Origin: a virus
Taxonomy: Duplodnaviria; Caudoviricetes
Reading direction: 5' to 3' (one strand)
DNA length: 64,000 bases
Virus record (IMG/VR): IMGVR_UViG_3300031992_000018
Coordinates: 1-64,000 of that record
The notes beneath the pieces are model-generated. The model was not told where the DNA came from. It worked only from the letters and a program-made list of their open reading frames with translations, and did not search any database. The translations under genes were made by a program, and so were the position numbers. This document shows positions 18,311 through 28,009 of the stretch, in pieces (within the stretch, counting starts at the first letter, position 1; each line of letters begins with the position of its first letter).

Positions 18311-20122
18311 TTATGCTTGTGTAGTTTCACTTGATTCTGGTTGTACATCACCTAACATTTCACTATCAATTTCTCCTCCACTTTCTTCACTTTCAGCTCC
18401 GCTTTCTTCACCACCTTCTTTTCCACCACCTTCTTCTCCTTCTGTTCCAGTTTCTTCATCTCCTCCCATTTCTTCATCTTCTTCTCCTCCTTCAGCTCCA
18501 CCAGCATTCTTTCTTCTCTTCTTTTCTTCTTTCATCTTCTTATTAAGTTCAAGATCAGCTTCACTCATCTTAAGATACTTAATAATCAAGAATTCTGGAT
18601 CAAAGAATGGTTCTTCTTCACCTTCATCATTTGTTATTACTAAGCTATCCTTCATTGTACCAATGAATTCAACTCTCTTAGTCATAACTTCCATTTCAGC
18701 AAGCTCTGTAAACTGGTTATATGAATTAAAATGAAGAGATATTGAATCAAGTATTCTCTTATCATTCTTTATATCTGGTATATTAAGTGCAATCTGAATT
18801 CTTATAGGTTTAAGAATAATTTCAGAAAAAGCACTTCTCATTCTTGTTACAAATCTTGAGAAATTAATTTCATCTCTTAATTGTTGTGTAGGATCAGAAC
18901 CAAACCAAGTTGCTTGTGCTTCTCTATCAAAATGAGATTCTGGAATTTTACTCATCTTATAAAGATTTGATAAGAAGTATTTAATTTGGTCACTATCATT
19001 AAGTTGTGGACCATTATCAACAATTGTTTCAATCTGTGGAGTACCAGCTTCATTTTCAGGCATCCAATATTCTTTATTAAATGGCATATTTACTTTACCA
19101 TTTACTTGAAGTTCACCAGTATCTACATTGAAAGATATATCTTCTTTATATCTGTTCATTGCTTGAGAAAGAGTCTGCATACCCTTTGCTTTATTCATTC
19201 CATTTATAGGAATAGTAAACATTGTCTTAAATGAAGATTGAGTTACTGTCCAAATAATCTGTGCTTGTTCAACAATACGGTAAATATTGAATGGACGAAT
19301 AAGACGTTCAAGATATGACTGTCTTTCTGTTACACCTGTATCTTCATATTTTACATAGATAATTTGTATATCAAGAAGATATCTTTCTTTACCTTGAATA
19401 CCTTTGAATTGTACCCAATATGTTGTTCCATTTTTAACAACTTTTGTTAAAGTAACTGGGTCAAGATCTATTATACCAATAATTGAATGAGGATTTTCAA
19501 GGTCATCATAAATAATTTCATATGCAAGAATACCTTCAATTAACCATCTCTTAAAATCATCCCATGCATTTCTTTTCCAGTTAAGGAACATATACATTTT
19601 ATAGAATACTGTATCAACAGCATTTCTAAGTTCTTCAGCTGATTTTTCAGTTAATTGTTGTGTAAGACCAGTATCGATAAATGGTTGAGCAATATATGCG
19701 TCGTCGTCATCATATACAATACATTCATTAGACATAACATCAAGAATATCTTCGAGTTCAGGTTGAGCAGCCATTTTTCTAAGAATTACTCTCTTTTGTT
19801 CAAGAGTTTTCTCTCTAAAATCCTTATCTTCTTCACCTTTTTGTTTCCAGTTATTCATCATACCACCATAGATTGACTGGTTTAATAACAAGTCATCTTG
19901 AGGTTGAAGTTGTTTATCAGCTGGAATAGCTCTCATATTCTTCATTATATCATCAGAATAATTCATTCCATAATGAGATAATGAATAAAGTATTTTAGAA
20001 ATTCTACTTTGTTTTTTAACTGTTTGATTACTTAACATTTGTTGTGTTAAGATATTAGATTCAACAGCTTCCATTATATTTTGTTCATTTTCTAGAACAT
20101 TATTTAAATTACCGAATACCAT
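18311..20122 (-). CDS. Portal protein (T4 gp20-like)
   Basis: PELEDILD.MSNECIV, SYLERLIRPFN, EYWMP, YF...LY..SKIP.S, RDEINFSRFV.RMR; acidic C-terminal tail. Confidence 0.92.
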   Translation of the reverse strand: MVFGNLNNVLENEQNIMEAVESNILTQQMLSNQTVKKQSRISKILYSLSHYGMNYSDDIMKNMRAIPADKQLQPQDDLLLNQSIYGGMMNNWKQKGEEDKDFREKTLEQKRVILRKMAAQPELEDILDVMSNECIVYDDDDAYIAQPFIDTGLTQQLTEKSAEELRNAVDTVFYKMYMFLNWKRNAWDDFKRWLIEGILAYEIIYDDLENPHSIIGIIDLDPVTLTKVVKNGTTYWVQFKGIQGKERYLLDIQIIYVKYEDTGVTERQSYLERLIRPFNIYRIVEQAQIIWTVTQSSFKTMFTIPINGMNKAKGMQTLSQAMNRYKEDISFNVDTGELQVNGKVNMPFNKEYWMPENEAGTPQIETIVDNGPQLNDSDQIKYFLSNLYKMSKIPESHFDREAQATWFGSDPTQQLRDEINFSRFVTRMRSAFSEIILKPIRIQIALNIPDIKNDKRILDSISLHFNSYNQFTELAEMEVMTKRVEFIGTMKDSLVITNDEGEEEPFFDPEFLIIKYLKMSEADLELNKKMKEEKKRRKNAGGAEGGEEDEEMGGDEETGTEGEEGGGKEGGEESGAESEESGGEIDSEMLGDVQPESSETTQA

Positions 20123-20255
20123 ATTACTATAATAATTATAAATACTATCTTATAGATAAAAATAATTTTTTAATAAATATTTTTGATATTTTTGAAAAAA
20201 TATTTGAATTATTTGTTTTATTTACTATATTAACTTTGAATTTAATTTTAGTTAT

Positions 20256-20477
20256 ATGAAAAAACATAAAAATCAAGAAATAGTACAGATTAGAGACGAT
20301 TTTTTTGTAAATAAAGATAATATCGATTCTATTATCAAAACAAACATTGATCCAAGAGATAAAACAAAGCTTGAAGAAGATATATATGTAATATATCTTA
20401 AGAATTCTCATTATACCTGGATTTCTATCAATAAAGAACAATTTAATAAATATATTAAAAATATCGTTAATATTTAA
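20256..20477 (+). CDS. Hypothetical protein
   Basis: ORF following an early-type motif (20205-20231). Confidence 0.6.
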   Translation: MKKHKNQEIVQIRDDFFVNKDNIDSIIKTNIDPRDKTKLEEDIYVIYLKNSHYTWISINKEQFNKYIKNIVNI

Positions 20478-20489
20478 TTTTTTAAAAAC

Positions 20490-21599
20490 ATGGCAAATAC
20501 TATTACAAAAAACATTACTGTGGCTCAGAGTGCAACTGTAGCAGGTTACGATTATGAGAAGCGTCTTGCAGCTCTCACACCAGAAGAACGTTCCAAGTAC
20601 CTTGCACTCACTGAAAAGGTCGATGTTCATAACCTTACTACGGTTCATGAATATGGTTCCGAGCTTAATTCTGTAGTTGCTGAGAATGGTGAGAGGTTCC
20701 TAAAGTCCGTCAAGGCTGGTGATGGCGGTGAGATTGTTCAACTTACCACTGACTTGCTTGCTCAGCTTAACATGATTAACATTGATGAGATCAATACTGA
20801 TACTACTTGGAAGAATTTCCTTAGGAAGCTTCCTGTTGTTAGGAAGTTTGTCACTACAATTGAGAATGTAAAGATTAAGTACAATGACATTGCTCAGAAC
20901 GTAAATGCTATCGCTGAAAAGATGGGTGATGCAAAGCTTGTTGCTTTGACTGATAACTCTACTCTTCAGGAAATTTTCGATAACAATGTAACTTACATTG
21001 ACCGTCTGCGTGAACTTATTCTTGGTGCTAAGGTTCTCCTTGAAGAGTCAGAGAAAAAGTATAAGCATATGAAGGAGAATATCGGTGAATATGAGAATTA
21101 TGAAATGTCTGAGATGCAGGATTTCATTGGTTCTCTTCAGAAGCGTATTGCTGATATGCAGGTAACCGAGGCTGTTCTTCAGCAGAACCTTCTTCAGATT
21201 CGTGCAACTCAGGGTAATAACCTTGCTATCGCCGAAAAGAGTAATAACATTGTTACTAATGTAATTCCTCTTTGGAAGAATCAACTTTCCATTGCGGTTA
21301 TCATGAATAACCAGAAGAAGAATGTTGAGGCTCAGCAGATGTTGACTGAAACAACTAATAAGATTCTTGCTGAAAATGCTAAGAATTTGCATACTAACTC
21401 TGTTGCTGTCGCTAAGGCTAATGAAGAGTCTGTTATCTCTCTTGAGACTCTTAAGACTACTACTAATGAACTTATCGCAACTATCAAGGAAGTTGAGAGA
21501 ATTCATGCTGATGGCGCTCATCAGAGGGAACTTATCGAAAAGGAACTGCATACTATGGCTGTTCAGCTTCAGGATGCTATTACTACTAATGATAAGTAA
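20490..21599 (+). CDS. telA: Toxic anion (tellurite) resistance protein, TelA family
   Basis: Helical protein with YG, L..DN..L, Q..N..L..K, IPLWKNQL, E...I..ETL motifs. Confidence 0.85.
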   Translation: MANTITKNITVAQSATVAGYDYEKRLAALTPEERSKYLALTEKVDVHNLTTVHEYGSELNSVVAENGERFLKSVKAGDGGEIVQLTTDLLAQLNMINIDEINTDTTWKNFLRKLPVVRKFVTTIENVKIKYNDIAQNVNAIAEKMGDAKLVALTDNSTLQEIFDNNVTYIDRLRELILGAKVLLEESEKKYKHMKENIGEYENYEMSEMQDFIGSLQKRIADMQVTEAVLQQNLLQIRATQGNNLAIAEKSNNIVTNVIPLWKNQLSIAVIMNNQKKNVEAQQMLTETTNKILAENAKNLHTNSVAVAKANEESVISLETLKTTTNELIATIKEVERIHADGAHQRELIEKELHTMAVQLQDAITTNDK

Positions 21600-21601
21600 T
21601 T

Positions 21602-22228
21602 ATGATGACTTTGGATGGTGGGGGAGGTCCAACTCCCCCAAATATTAAAAAGATTATTACAAATAATACTCCACCAAACGTTAAAAAAAGTATTACAAAT
21701 AATATTAAAGAAATGAAAGCATTAATTACTGTAGATAATGATAGAGTCATATTTAATATGAAAAAAGCATTATCATTAGATGCAAATATTTCTTATAAAG
21801 ATACAGAAGATGGAAAGACAGTTATTTCTATTAATAAAAATGGAAATATAACTGAAGAGATCTTTGATAATGTCCCTATTGAAGTAAAACAGGGCATTGA
21901 CAAAGCAAATATGATAAAGAACAAAAAAATATCAAAGAATACTGCTAAAGATGCTGTAAATATTAAATATAAGATTGGTGATATTGTTGTTCTTAAAGGA
22001 AAGATTAAAGATGGTTCTAAACGTCTTATAAAGAAGTTTGAAGTTAAGAAAGTAATTTGGTCTATCAAAAGTAAGCCAATGAATATTCTTATTCTCAAAC
22101 AGCTGGAAGGAGTTAATAACAATAGGACTCTTGATAAGAATGATTGTAAGAAATATCATATCAAATATGAAGAAGGCTTACAAGCATATTCAATGATGTT
22201 GAATTTTGTTAGATTGAAAAAAAGATAA
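21602..22228 (+). CDS. Hypothetical Lys-rich protein
   Basis: ORF with an N-terminal 12-aa tandem repeat. Confidence 0.65.
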   Translation: MMTLDGGGGPTPPNIKKIITNNTPPNVKKSITNNIKEMKALITVDNDRVIFNMKKALSLDANISYKDTEDGKTVISINKNGNITEEIFDNVPIEVKQGIDKANMIKNKKISKNTAKDAVNIKYKIGDIVVLKGKIKDGSKRLIKKFEVKKVIWSIKSKPMNILILKQLEGVNNNRTLDKNDCKKYHIKYEEGLQAYSMMLNFVRLKKR

Positions 22229-22291
22229 AAATTTGTGAAATTTAACAAAAAGTTTCTATAATAAATTAGATGATTTTTTAAACTAATAAAT

Positions 22292-22504
22292 ATGAATAAA
22301 GAAAGATTTATCAGACTTCACAATGCAGAAAATAACACAGTTGTTGTTATTAATATTAAGCATATCGCTCTTATTGATACTGATGAAGTAAATGAACGAA
22401 TTGTAAGTGTTATTTATTTGGAAAACACTTGTGATGTTAAAGAGTTTAATGTAAATGAAACTCCTGAAAAGATTTATACAATGATTGAAGAAATTCAGAA
22501 GTAA
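22292..22504 (+). CDS. Small protein, FlbD-like
   Basis: FIRL....VVIN..HI...V.ETPEKI pattern. Confidence 0.5.
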   Translation: MNKERFIRLHNAENNTVVVINIKHIALIDTDEVNERIVSVIYLENTCDVKEFNVNETPEKIYTMIEEIQK

Positions 22505-22509
22505 AAGAA

Positions 22510-23035
22510 ATTTAAGTTTGGTGAAGTTGTGGCCATAAGCTTAACTACCATCGGAAAACCTTTCTATCTTTTGAGATTGATTTTTTAGTACCCAATTTAT
22601 TATTTTGATACTCTTTTTGGTTTTTATGGTTTACCTGTTATTTTACTTTTTATAAACCAGGGGAAATTCTTTCAGTCGATTTAGAAATATGAAAATTATC
22701 CGAAAATGTACAACGGCACCTTCGTTAGTTTAACCGCCTTTAACTGAATTGATAGAAGAAGGACTTGAAAATTGGAGATTAATAATACCCAGTTAAAATA
22801 TAAGCCCAAACTAATCAAGATTAATCATTAATCAGAAGTTCCTAAACGCCAATACTGTTTTTAAACAGAGTAATATTGAGTTAAGTTGGATGAAAGCATC
22901 TTCGGAATGCACTTCTGCAGATTAATTAAAGTGAAAGCGAAGACATATAACCTGAATGTCCCTGTTTTTTGAAGATTGGAGAGACTGGACGCTGGATAAG
23001 AGGTTTTAGGAATTGGTTACTTTAGCGAATACTTT
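22510..23035 (+). ncRNA. Candidate large structured non-coding RNA
   Basis: ~530 nt with no ORF of 60 aa or more in an otherwise gene-dense genome; c(UUCG)g hairpin, several stems, ends at a terminator. Confidence 0.45.
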
Positions 23036-23039
23036 CTAC

Positions 23040-23075
23040 AGAGGATGAAGATAATTCTTCATCCTCTTGTTTTTT
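23040..23075 (+). terminator. Intrinsic terminator
   Basis: AGAGGATGAAGA-TAAT-TCTTCATCCTCT plus T tract. Confidence 0.8.
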
Positions 23076-23128
23076 GAATATATTGTCTATGTTTTTCTAT
23101 TTTAATATTACAAATACAACTTATAAAT

Positions 23129-24676
23129 TTGAAAATGATATTAGATAGAACATGGAACAAAAACGAACAAAAATTAGTTATTTCTTACATTGATAAAGAA
23201 GGTAATAGACAATTTTATCAGAAATATTTTCATCATTTTAAAACATATGAATATGATGAAAATGGTGATGTAGATACATGGGATAATAAAAAAGCAAGAA
23301 AAGTATATAAAGATACTACAAATTATACACCTAATGAATTCGATATACTAGAATTCATGTATGAACTTCCAGAAGAATTGAACAAAACAATGCATGCTCA
23401 ATACTTCCCTAAGTTATATTTTTTCGATATTGAAACTAAGTTTGATCCAACTAGTTTTCCTGATCCACAAAAAGCATTACACCAAGTGACCTCCATTTCA
23501 TTAGTTGGTCCAGATATGTCATGTATTGTATATGGTCTTAAAAAATTATCAGAAGAACAAATTGGATTATTGAGATCAAGATATCTTGATTGGATAAATA
23601 ACAATGAATTCGCTAAAGCACGAATGAAAAAAGAACCAAAGGTTCTTTATCAGTATTTTAGTGATGAAAGAGATATGTTAAAACATTTCTTTACTATCAT
23701 ATGTCCTAAAGTACCTTGTCTTGCTGGATGGAATAGTTATGGATTCGACTTTATTTATCTTGTAACTCGTCTTACAGTTTTATTTGGACAAAAAGAAGCA
23801 TATAGTATTCTTAGAAAAGCATCACCAACAGGTGAACTTACTTCTATTAAAGTAACTAATCAACAAGGACAATTCTTATATAAATTCTCAGCACCATGTC
23901 ATACTATTTGGCTTGATTATATGGAAATTGTAAAACAGTATGACTATACACTTATTCCTTATGAAAGCTATTCATTGGATTGGGTTGGTGAACATGCTGT
24001 AAAGGCTAATAAGATTAAATATAATGGAACCTTAAATGATTTGTATGAAAAGGATATTGAATGGTATTATTTCTATAATGCAATAGATAGTCTTATCGGT
24101 CTTCTTATTCATTATAGATTAAAATCACTTGAATCACCTTGTTCAGTATCAAGTATTACTCTTGTACCTCTTCCAAAGGCTTTTGGTCAAGTAGCTCTTA
24201 CTACAGCTAATGTATTCAATGAATTCTATCAAGATAATAAAAGAGTAGTATATAATTATGATGGTATAGAAAGATATAAGAAAGAATATGAAGGAGCATT
24301 CTGTGGTTGCGTTCCTGGAAGATATCAATGGAATGTATGTGATGACTTCGCATCACTTTATCCATCTCAAGTACAGACATGTAATTTCTCATTTGAAAAT
24401 ATTGTAACTCCTCCTATGGAAGGACCTGATTCTTTAGGTAGATATATACCAAGAAACTGGACAAATGAAGAACTTGAAAATTTCAAAAATGATCCTAATT
24501 ATTTTGTATCAATTAATGGTAATGTTTATAAGAATGATAAAGATTACGCATTTAAGAGAATGCAAAGAAATATGAAAAAGAAAAGAGATGTATATAAGTA
24601 TACTGGACAAAGAATTGAAAGTGAACTTATACATGAAATTGATAGGTTGATAAAAGAAAAAGAAAATGAAAAATAA
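23129..24676 (+). CDS. Family B DNA polymerase, N-terminal part (exonuclease + motif A); split gp43A-like
   Basis: FFDIET, GWNSYGFD, SYSLD, YNAID, YEGAF, DDFASLYPS; motifs B (KxxxNSxYG) and C (YGDTDS) absent. Confidence 0.88.
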   Translation: MKMILDRTWNKNEQKLVISYIDKEGNRQFYQKYFHHFKTYEYDENGDVDTWDNKKARKVYKDTTNYTPNEFDILEFMYELPEELNKTMHAQYFPKLYFFDIETKFDPTSFPDPQKALHQVTSISLVGPDMSCIVYGLKKLSEEQIGLLRSRYLDWINNNEFAKARMKKEPKVLYQYFSDERDMLKHFFTIICPKVPCLAGWNSYGFDFIYLVTRLTVLFGQKEAYSILRKASPTGELTSIKVTNQQGQFLYKFSAPCHTIWLDYMEIVKQYDYTLIPYESYSLDWVGEHAVKANKIKYNGTLNDLYEKDIEWYYFYNAIDSLIGLLIHYRLKSLESPCSVSSITLVPLPKAFGQVALTTANVFNEFYQDNKRVVYNYDGIERYKKEYEGAFCGCVPGRYQWNVCDDFASLYPSQVQTCNFSFENIVTPPMEGPDSLGRYIPRNWTNEELENFKNDPNYFVSINGNVYKNDKDYAFKRMQRNMKKKRDVYKYTGQRIESELIHEIDRLIKEKENEK

Positions 24677-24899
24677 TATAAATATAGAAGTAAATACTTT
24701 AGCAGCTTTATTTAATTTTAATGGAATTTCATATAAAGATTTAGATACTAAAAAATTTATAGAAACTCCTTATAAAAAAATTAGTCAATTAAAAGAATAT
24801 CTTCATCAATTATATCCACAATATGATGAAATATATTTTTATGAAAAAGTTAGAGATAGAAGACAAATAGAATGGAATAATGAATTTTTATTAAGTTAA
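24666..24899 (+). CDS. Hypothetical protein
   Basis: Coupled ORF. Confidence 0.55.
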   Translation: MKNNINIEVNTLAALFNFNGISYKDLDTKKFIETPYKKISQLKEYLHQLYPQYDEIYFYEKVRDRRQIEWNNEFLLS

Positions 24900-24903
24900 T
24901 ATT

Positions 24904-25251
24904 ATGAAGATTAATGTAAAATTATTTGATCCTAATTATAGTGTAAATAAATATGGTGAAGGAGTTTTAGAAAATGCTATTAATGAATACATAAAAAATG
25001 GTAATAAATTTGTTTCATGTAATAGTGATTCTACTGATTTAAAAGATATTATTGGTACTGTTGAGCATATTGATAGAACTGATAATGGTAAAGTATTTGC
25101 TGATATAGAATTGTTAGATACTCCTCAAGGAAAGATATATCAAGAAGCATTAAATTATGGTATGATTAATTTTGGTGTTTCTGGATATGGTAATAAAAAT
25201 GAAGATGGAGTTATAACAGATTTTGAAATAAAAAGTATAAATGCAATATGA
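24904..25251 (+). CDS. Short prohead-protease (T4 gp21/S77-like) paralog, probably lacking the catalytic His
   Basis: Y....L..AI..Y, VFADIELLDTPQGKI, FGVSGYG. Confidence 0.6.
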   Translation: MKINVKLFDPNYSVNKYGEGVLENAINEYIKNGNKFVSCNSDSTDLKDIIGTVEHIDRTDNGKVFADIELLDTPQGKIYQEALNYGMINFGVSGYGNKNEDGVITDFEIKSINAI

Positions 25252-25565
25252 GTGAAGATAAGCATAGAATAAAATGGAAAAATTTAAAGATATGGCTTAA
25301 AGACCAGTTTAAAAGAAAAACTTGGTTTAAAAATTTCTTTATCACTAGAAATGCATGGGGTGCATTCAGTATAAATAGTCATATTAATCAGCATACTGGT
25401 AAACCTAAGATAACTTATAATCATTTAGAAACTGCACTTAAGTCTGCACAGAAGATGAGTGAAAAACATGGTACTCATTTTAGTACTTATAAGTGTCTTT
25501 TCTGTGATGGTTATCATATTGGAAAAAATAGAGATAATAAAACTGATTATGATAAATGTGGTTAA
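25248..25565 (+). CDS. Basic protein with C-terminal CxxC-x-H zinc-binding motif
   Basis: YKCLFCDGYHIG. Confidence 0.65.
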   Translation: MSEDKHRIKWKNLKIWLKDQFKRKTWFKNFFITRNAWGAFSINSHINQHTGKPKITYNHLETALKSAQKMSEKHGTHFSTYKCLFCDGYHIGKNRDNKTDYDKCG

Positions 25566-25706
25566 AGATTGGACAAAATGTTGGTATGAATTATTAAATA
25601 AATTTTATTTACCACAAATAAAATCAAATGATGGATTACCAGTAGGAGTTTTATTTTATTTAGATTTTAATTTTAATAGAAATAAATATATACAAGTAAT
25701 AAAATA

Positions 25707-26471
25707 ATGGCAACTTTACATATAAACTTAGAAAAGTTAATAACAGAAAAGTTAGATGAAAAAATAAATGATGCAGTTTCAAAAGCAATTGAAAAAGTAT
25801 TTTCTAATATTTCATTTGATTTTATATCTGATCAAAACAATTACGATGATAAAAATTCTTCAGATGAATGTTATAAAGAAAAATATATTGAAGAAGATAA
25901 AGACAATAAAATTAACATTATAGAAGAACAAAAAGCTCGTGAAGAAGATGTTAAACAAGAAGAAGATTCAACTTTAGAAGAAGTAAAAAGAGGTTGGGTT
26001 GAAAAAATGAATGCTTATGTTGATATTATAAATCAAATGAAAGCTCAATTAACACCCCAACAACTTGAACAAATTAGTATGCCTAGAGAAATAGTATCTA
26101 AAAAAGAATATTCATTTAAGTTATTTATTGATAATCTAACTTGGGATCAAGTAAACTTATTATTTAAATCCAATAATTATTTAAATGTTGATATTGTTTC
26201 TGAAGATTTTGAAGTTCAAAAAATAGAAACTTATGGATTTACTCCTAAAGATATTTATTTTAAATTATTAAAACAAATTATTACAAATGAAGCTAATAGA
26301 GTTTATCATTTATCTTATAATGATCCAACAGTAATATCATCACTTATTGTTACTGAACTTTATAATGATTATAATTCAAAAGTTATTGTATTTGTCGATG
26401 ATATAATTGATAAACATCATATGGAAATTTTTGATGAAATTTTTGGTGAACAATTTTATATGAAACAATAA
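25707..26471 (+). CDS. Hypothetical protein
   Basis: 254-aa ORF. Confidence 0.7.
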   Translation: MATLHINLEKLITEKLDEKINDAVSKAIEKVFSNISFDFISDQNNYDDKNSSDECYKEKYIEEDKDNKINIIEEQKAREEDVKQEEDSTLEEVKRGWVEKMNAYVDIINQMKAQLTPQQLEQISMPREIVSKKEYSFKLFIDNLTWDQVNLLFKSNNYLNVDIVSEDFEVQKIETYGFTPKDIYFKLLKQIITNEANRVYHLSYNDPTVISSLIVTELYNDYNSKVIVFVDDIIDKHHMEIFDEIFGEQFYMKQ

Positions 26472-26472
26472 T

Positions 26473-26721
26473 ATGGAAAAATTTACAAGATTAACACTTG
26501 AACAGTCTGATAGAAAAATGAATTGGGAGATGCCATATGAAGATGTAACTGCTGATGATTTACTTGAAGCATTTAATGCATTAATGATTGGATTTACATG
26601 GAATCAAAAAACAATATATGATGCAATGGCACAATATCTTCAAGAGCATGCTTTTGATTTATATGATGTTTTTGATCATATTGATCATATTTCTGAACCT
26701 AATGAAGATGAAGGTAATTAA
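26473..26721 (+). CDS. Hypothetical acidic protein
   Basis: ORF followed by a hairpin at ~26720-26745. Confidence 0.65.
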   Translation: MEKFTRLTLEQSDRKMNWEMPYEDVTADDLLEAFNALMIGFTWNQKTIYDAMAQYLQEHAFDLYDVFDHIDHISEPNEDEGN

Positions 26722-26780
26722 AGTTGTAATTAATATTACAACTTTTTTTTATTTTTATATAACTAATATAAAGATAAATA

Positions 26781-28004
26781 ATGAATAAGTTTTTTAATTA
26801 CTTACAGCCAACTATAATTCAAGCTACAAATAATGAAGAACTTCCAGAAAGAGTAAGAGGAAGATTCTTTATTAATTTTAATGTATTTGGTATACAATAT
26901 TTTTCTGAAAACTATATATTACAAGAAACTTCATTTGGTGCTCCTTATCTTATTTTAAAAGAAGATAACTGGGGTCTTCAACTTGAAAATACTTCAGAAG
27001 GTGAACTTCTTGATATTCCAAGAATATATATTGATATAACAGATAAATTTGTAAATGATGAAGAAGGATTATTTCAATCATTCGTTGCTCAGTCATTAAT
27101 GAATAATAAAATATGGGTAAGAGGTATTGATGGTTTCTTCGCTGGAATGGATTATTTTACAAATTATACTTTATATAACTATCTTGCTCTTACAGATCAG
27201 ATTGAAGTTCCAGATTTTGGTGCACGTCTTCCTAATTATCTTGATAATTTTGGACAAATACAGACACAATATTGGAAACCATTGACTGGAGAAATTTATG
27301 AAGATTATAATAATATTGAGTATTTTAATGAGAAAAACAATTTATTAAATAATGAATATGATGAAGATACTCTTAATAATTTTTATTCTTCATTTTGCTC
27401 ATTGATACTTGAATATACAAGAATTCCAGAAGATGTATTAATTACACAACAAAATCAGATATATAACTTAGTATTAAACTATTTCAAGAATTTTAAATCT
27501 GACAGTGGTAGTGATGCACTTTCAATTATATTGAATTCAGGTTATACAGTTAATGAAAATTTAACAAAAGTTGGATGTAATTGTAATGATTCAATTTCAG
27601 GTTCAACAGAAATAAGTAAGTCTTGTTATGATTTATATGGAGAAGCAATGTTGAAATGGTTGAAAACAATGTTATCTGATACAAAATTTTATGAAGATTG
27701 GTTTAGAATACGTAAATCAGAAGATGATTGGATTCCTAATGATGTATTAATTGAACATTTAAAAACATTCTTTGATGAATTTATTAAATTACAACATACA
27801 TTAATGTTCTTAAAAACAACTTCATTAAGATGTGATTGTCCATCTCCTGTTTCATTTAATGAAAATGAATGTAATTATAATATAATAAATAACTATATTA
27901 AAATATTAAACTGGATATTTAATGAAGAAATTGATGCTAATATAAATAAAATAAAAATATATGGTGGTCAATTTGGTGATTTACTTCCAAAATTACAATT
28001 TTAA
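26781..28004 (+). CDS. Hypothetical late protein
   Basis: 407-aa ORF after the late-type motif at 26750. Confidence 0.75.
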   Translation: MNKFFNYLQPTIIQATNNEELPERVRGRFFINFNVFGIQYFSENYILQETSFGAPYLILKEDNWGLQLENTSEGELLDIPRIYIDITDKFVNDEEGLFQSFVAQSLMNNKIWVRGIDGFFAGMDYFTNYTLYNYLALTDQIEVPDFGARLPNYLDNFGQIQTQYWKPLTGEIYEDYNNIEYFNEKNNLLNNEYDEDTLNNFYSSFCSLILEYTRIPEDVLITQQNQIYNLVLNYFKNFKSDSGSDALSIILNSGYTVNENLTKVGCNCNDSISGSTEISKSCYDLYGEAMLKWLKTMLSDTKFYEDWFRIRKSEDDWIPNDVLIEHLKTFFDEFIKLQHTLMFLKTTSLRCDCPSPVSFNENECNYNIINNYIKILNWIFNEEIDANINKIKIYGGQFGDLLPKLQF

Positions 28005-28009
28005 CGCTT

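Noticed and set aside
11375-22159. Antisense and alternate-frame ORFs (e.g. 11375-11689, 13199-13465, 18331-18546, 20145-20648, 21048-21551)
   Set aside because: They are shadows of well-supported genes, produced by biased codon usage.
22510-23035. tmRNA, RNase P RNA or group I intron
   Set aside because: No tRNA-like ends or ALAA-type tag, no GAGGAAAGUCC, and no interrupted gene flanking it.
12920-24676. Inteins in the terminase or polymerase
   Set aside because: No C..HN(C/S/T) splice motifs or LAGLIDADG blocks, and the lengths leave no room for them.
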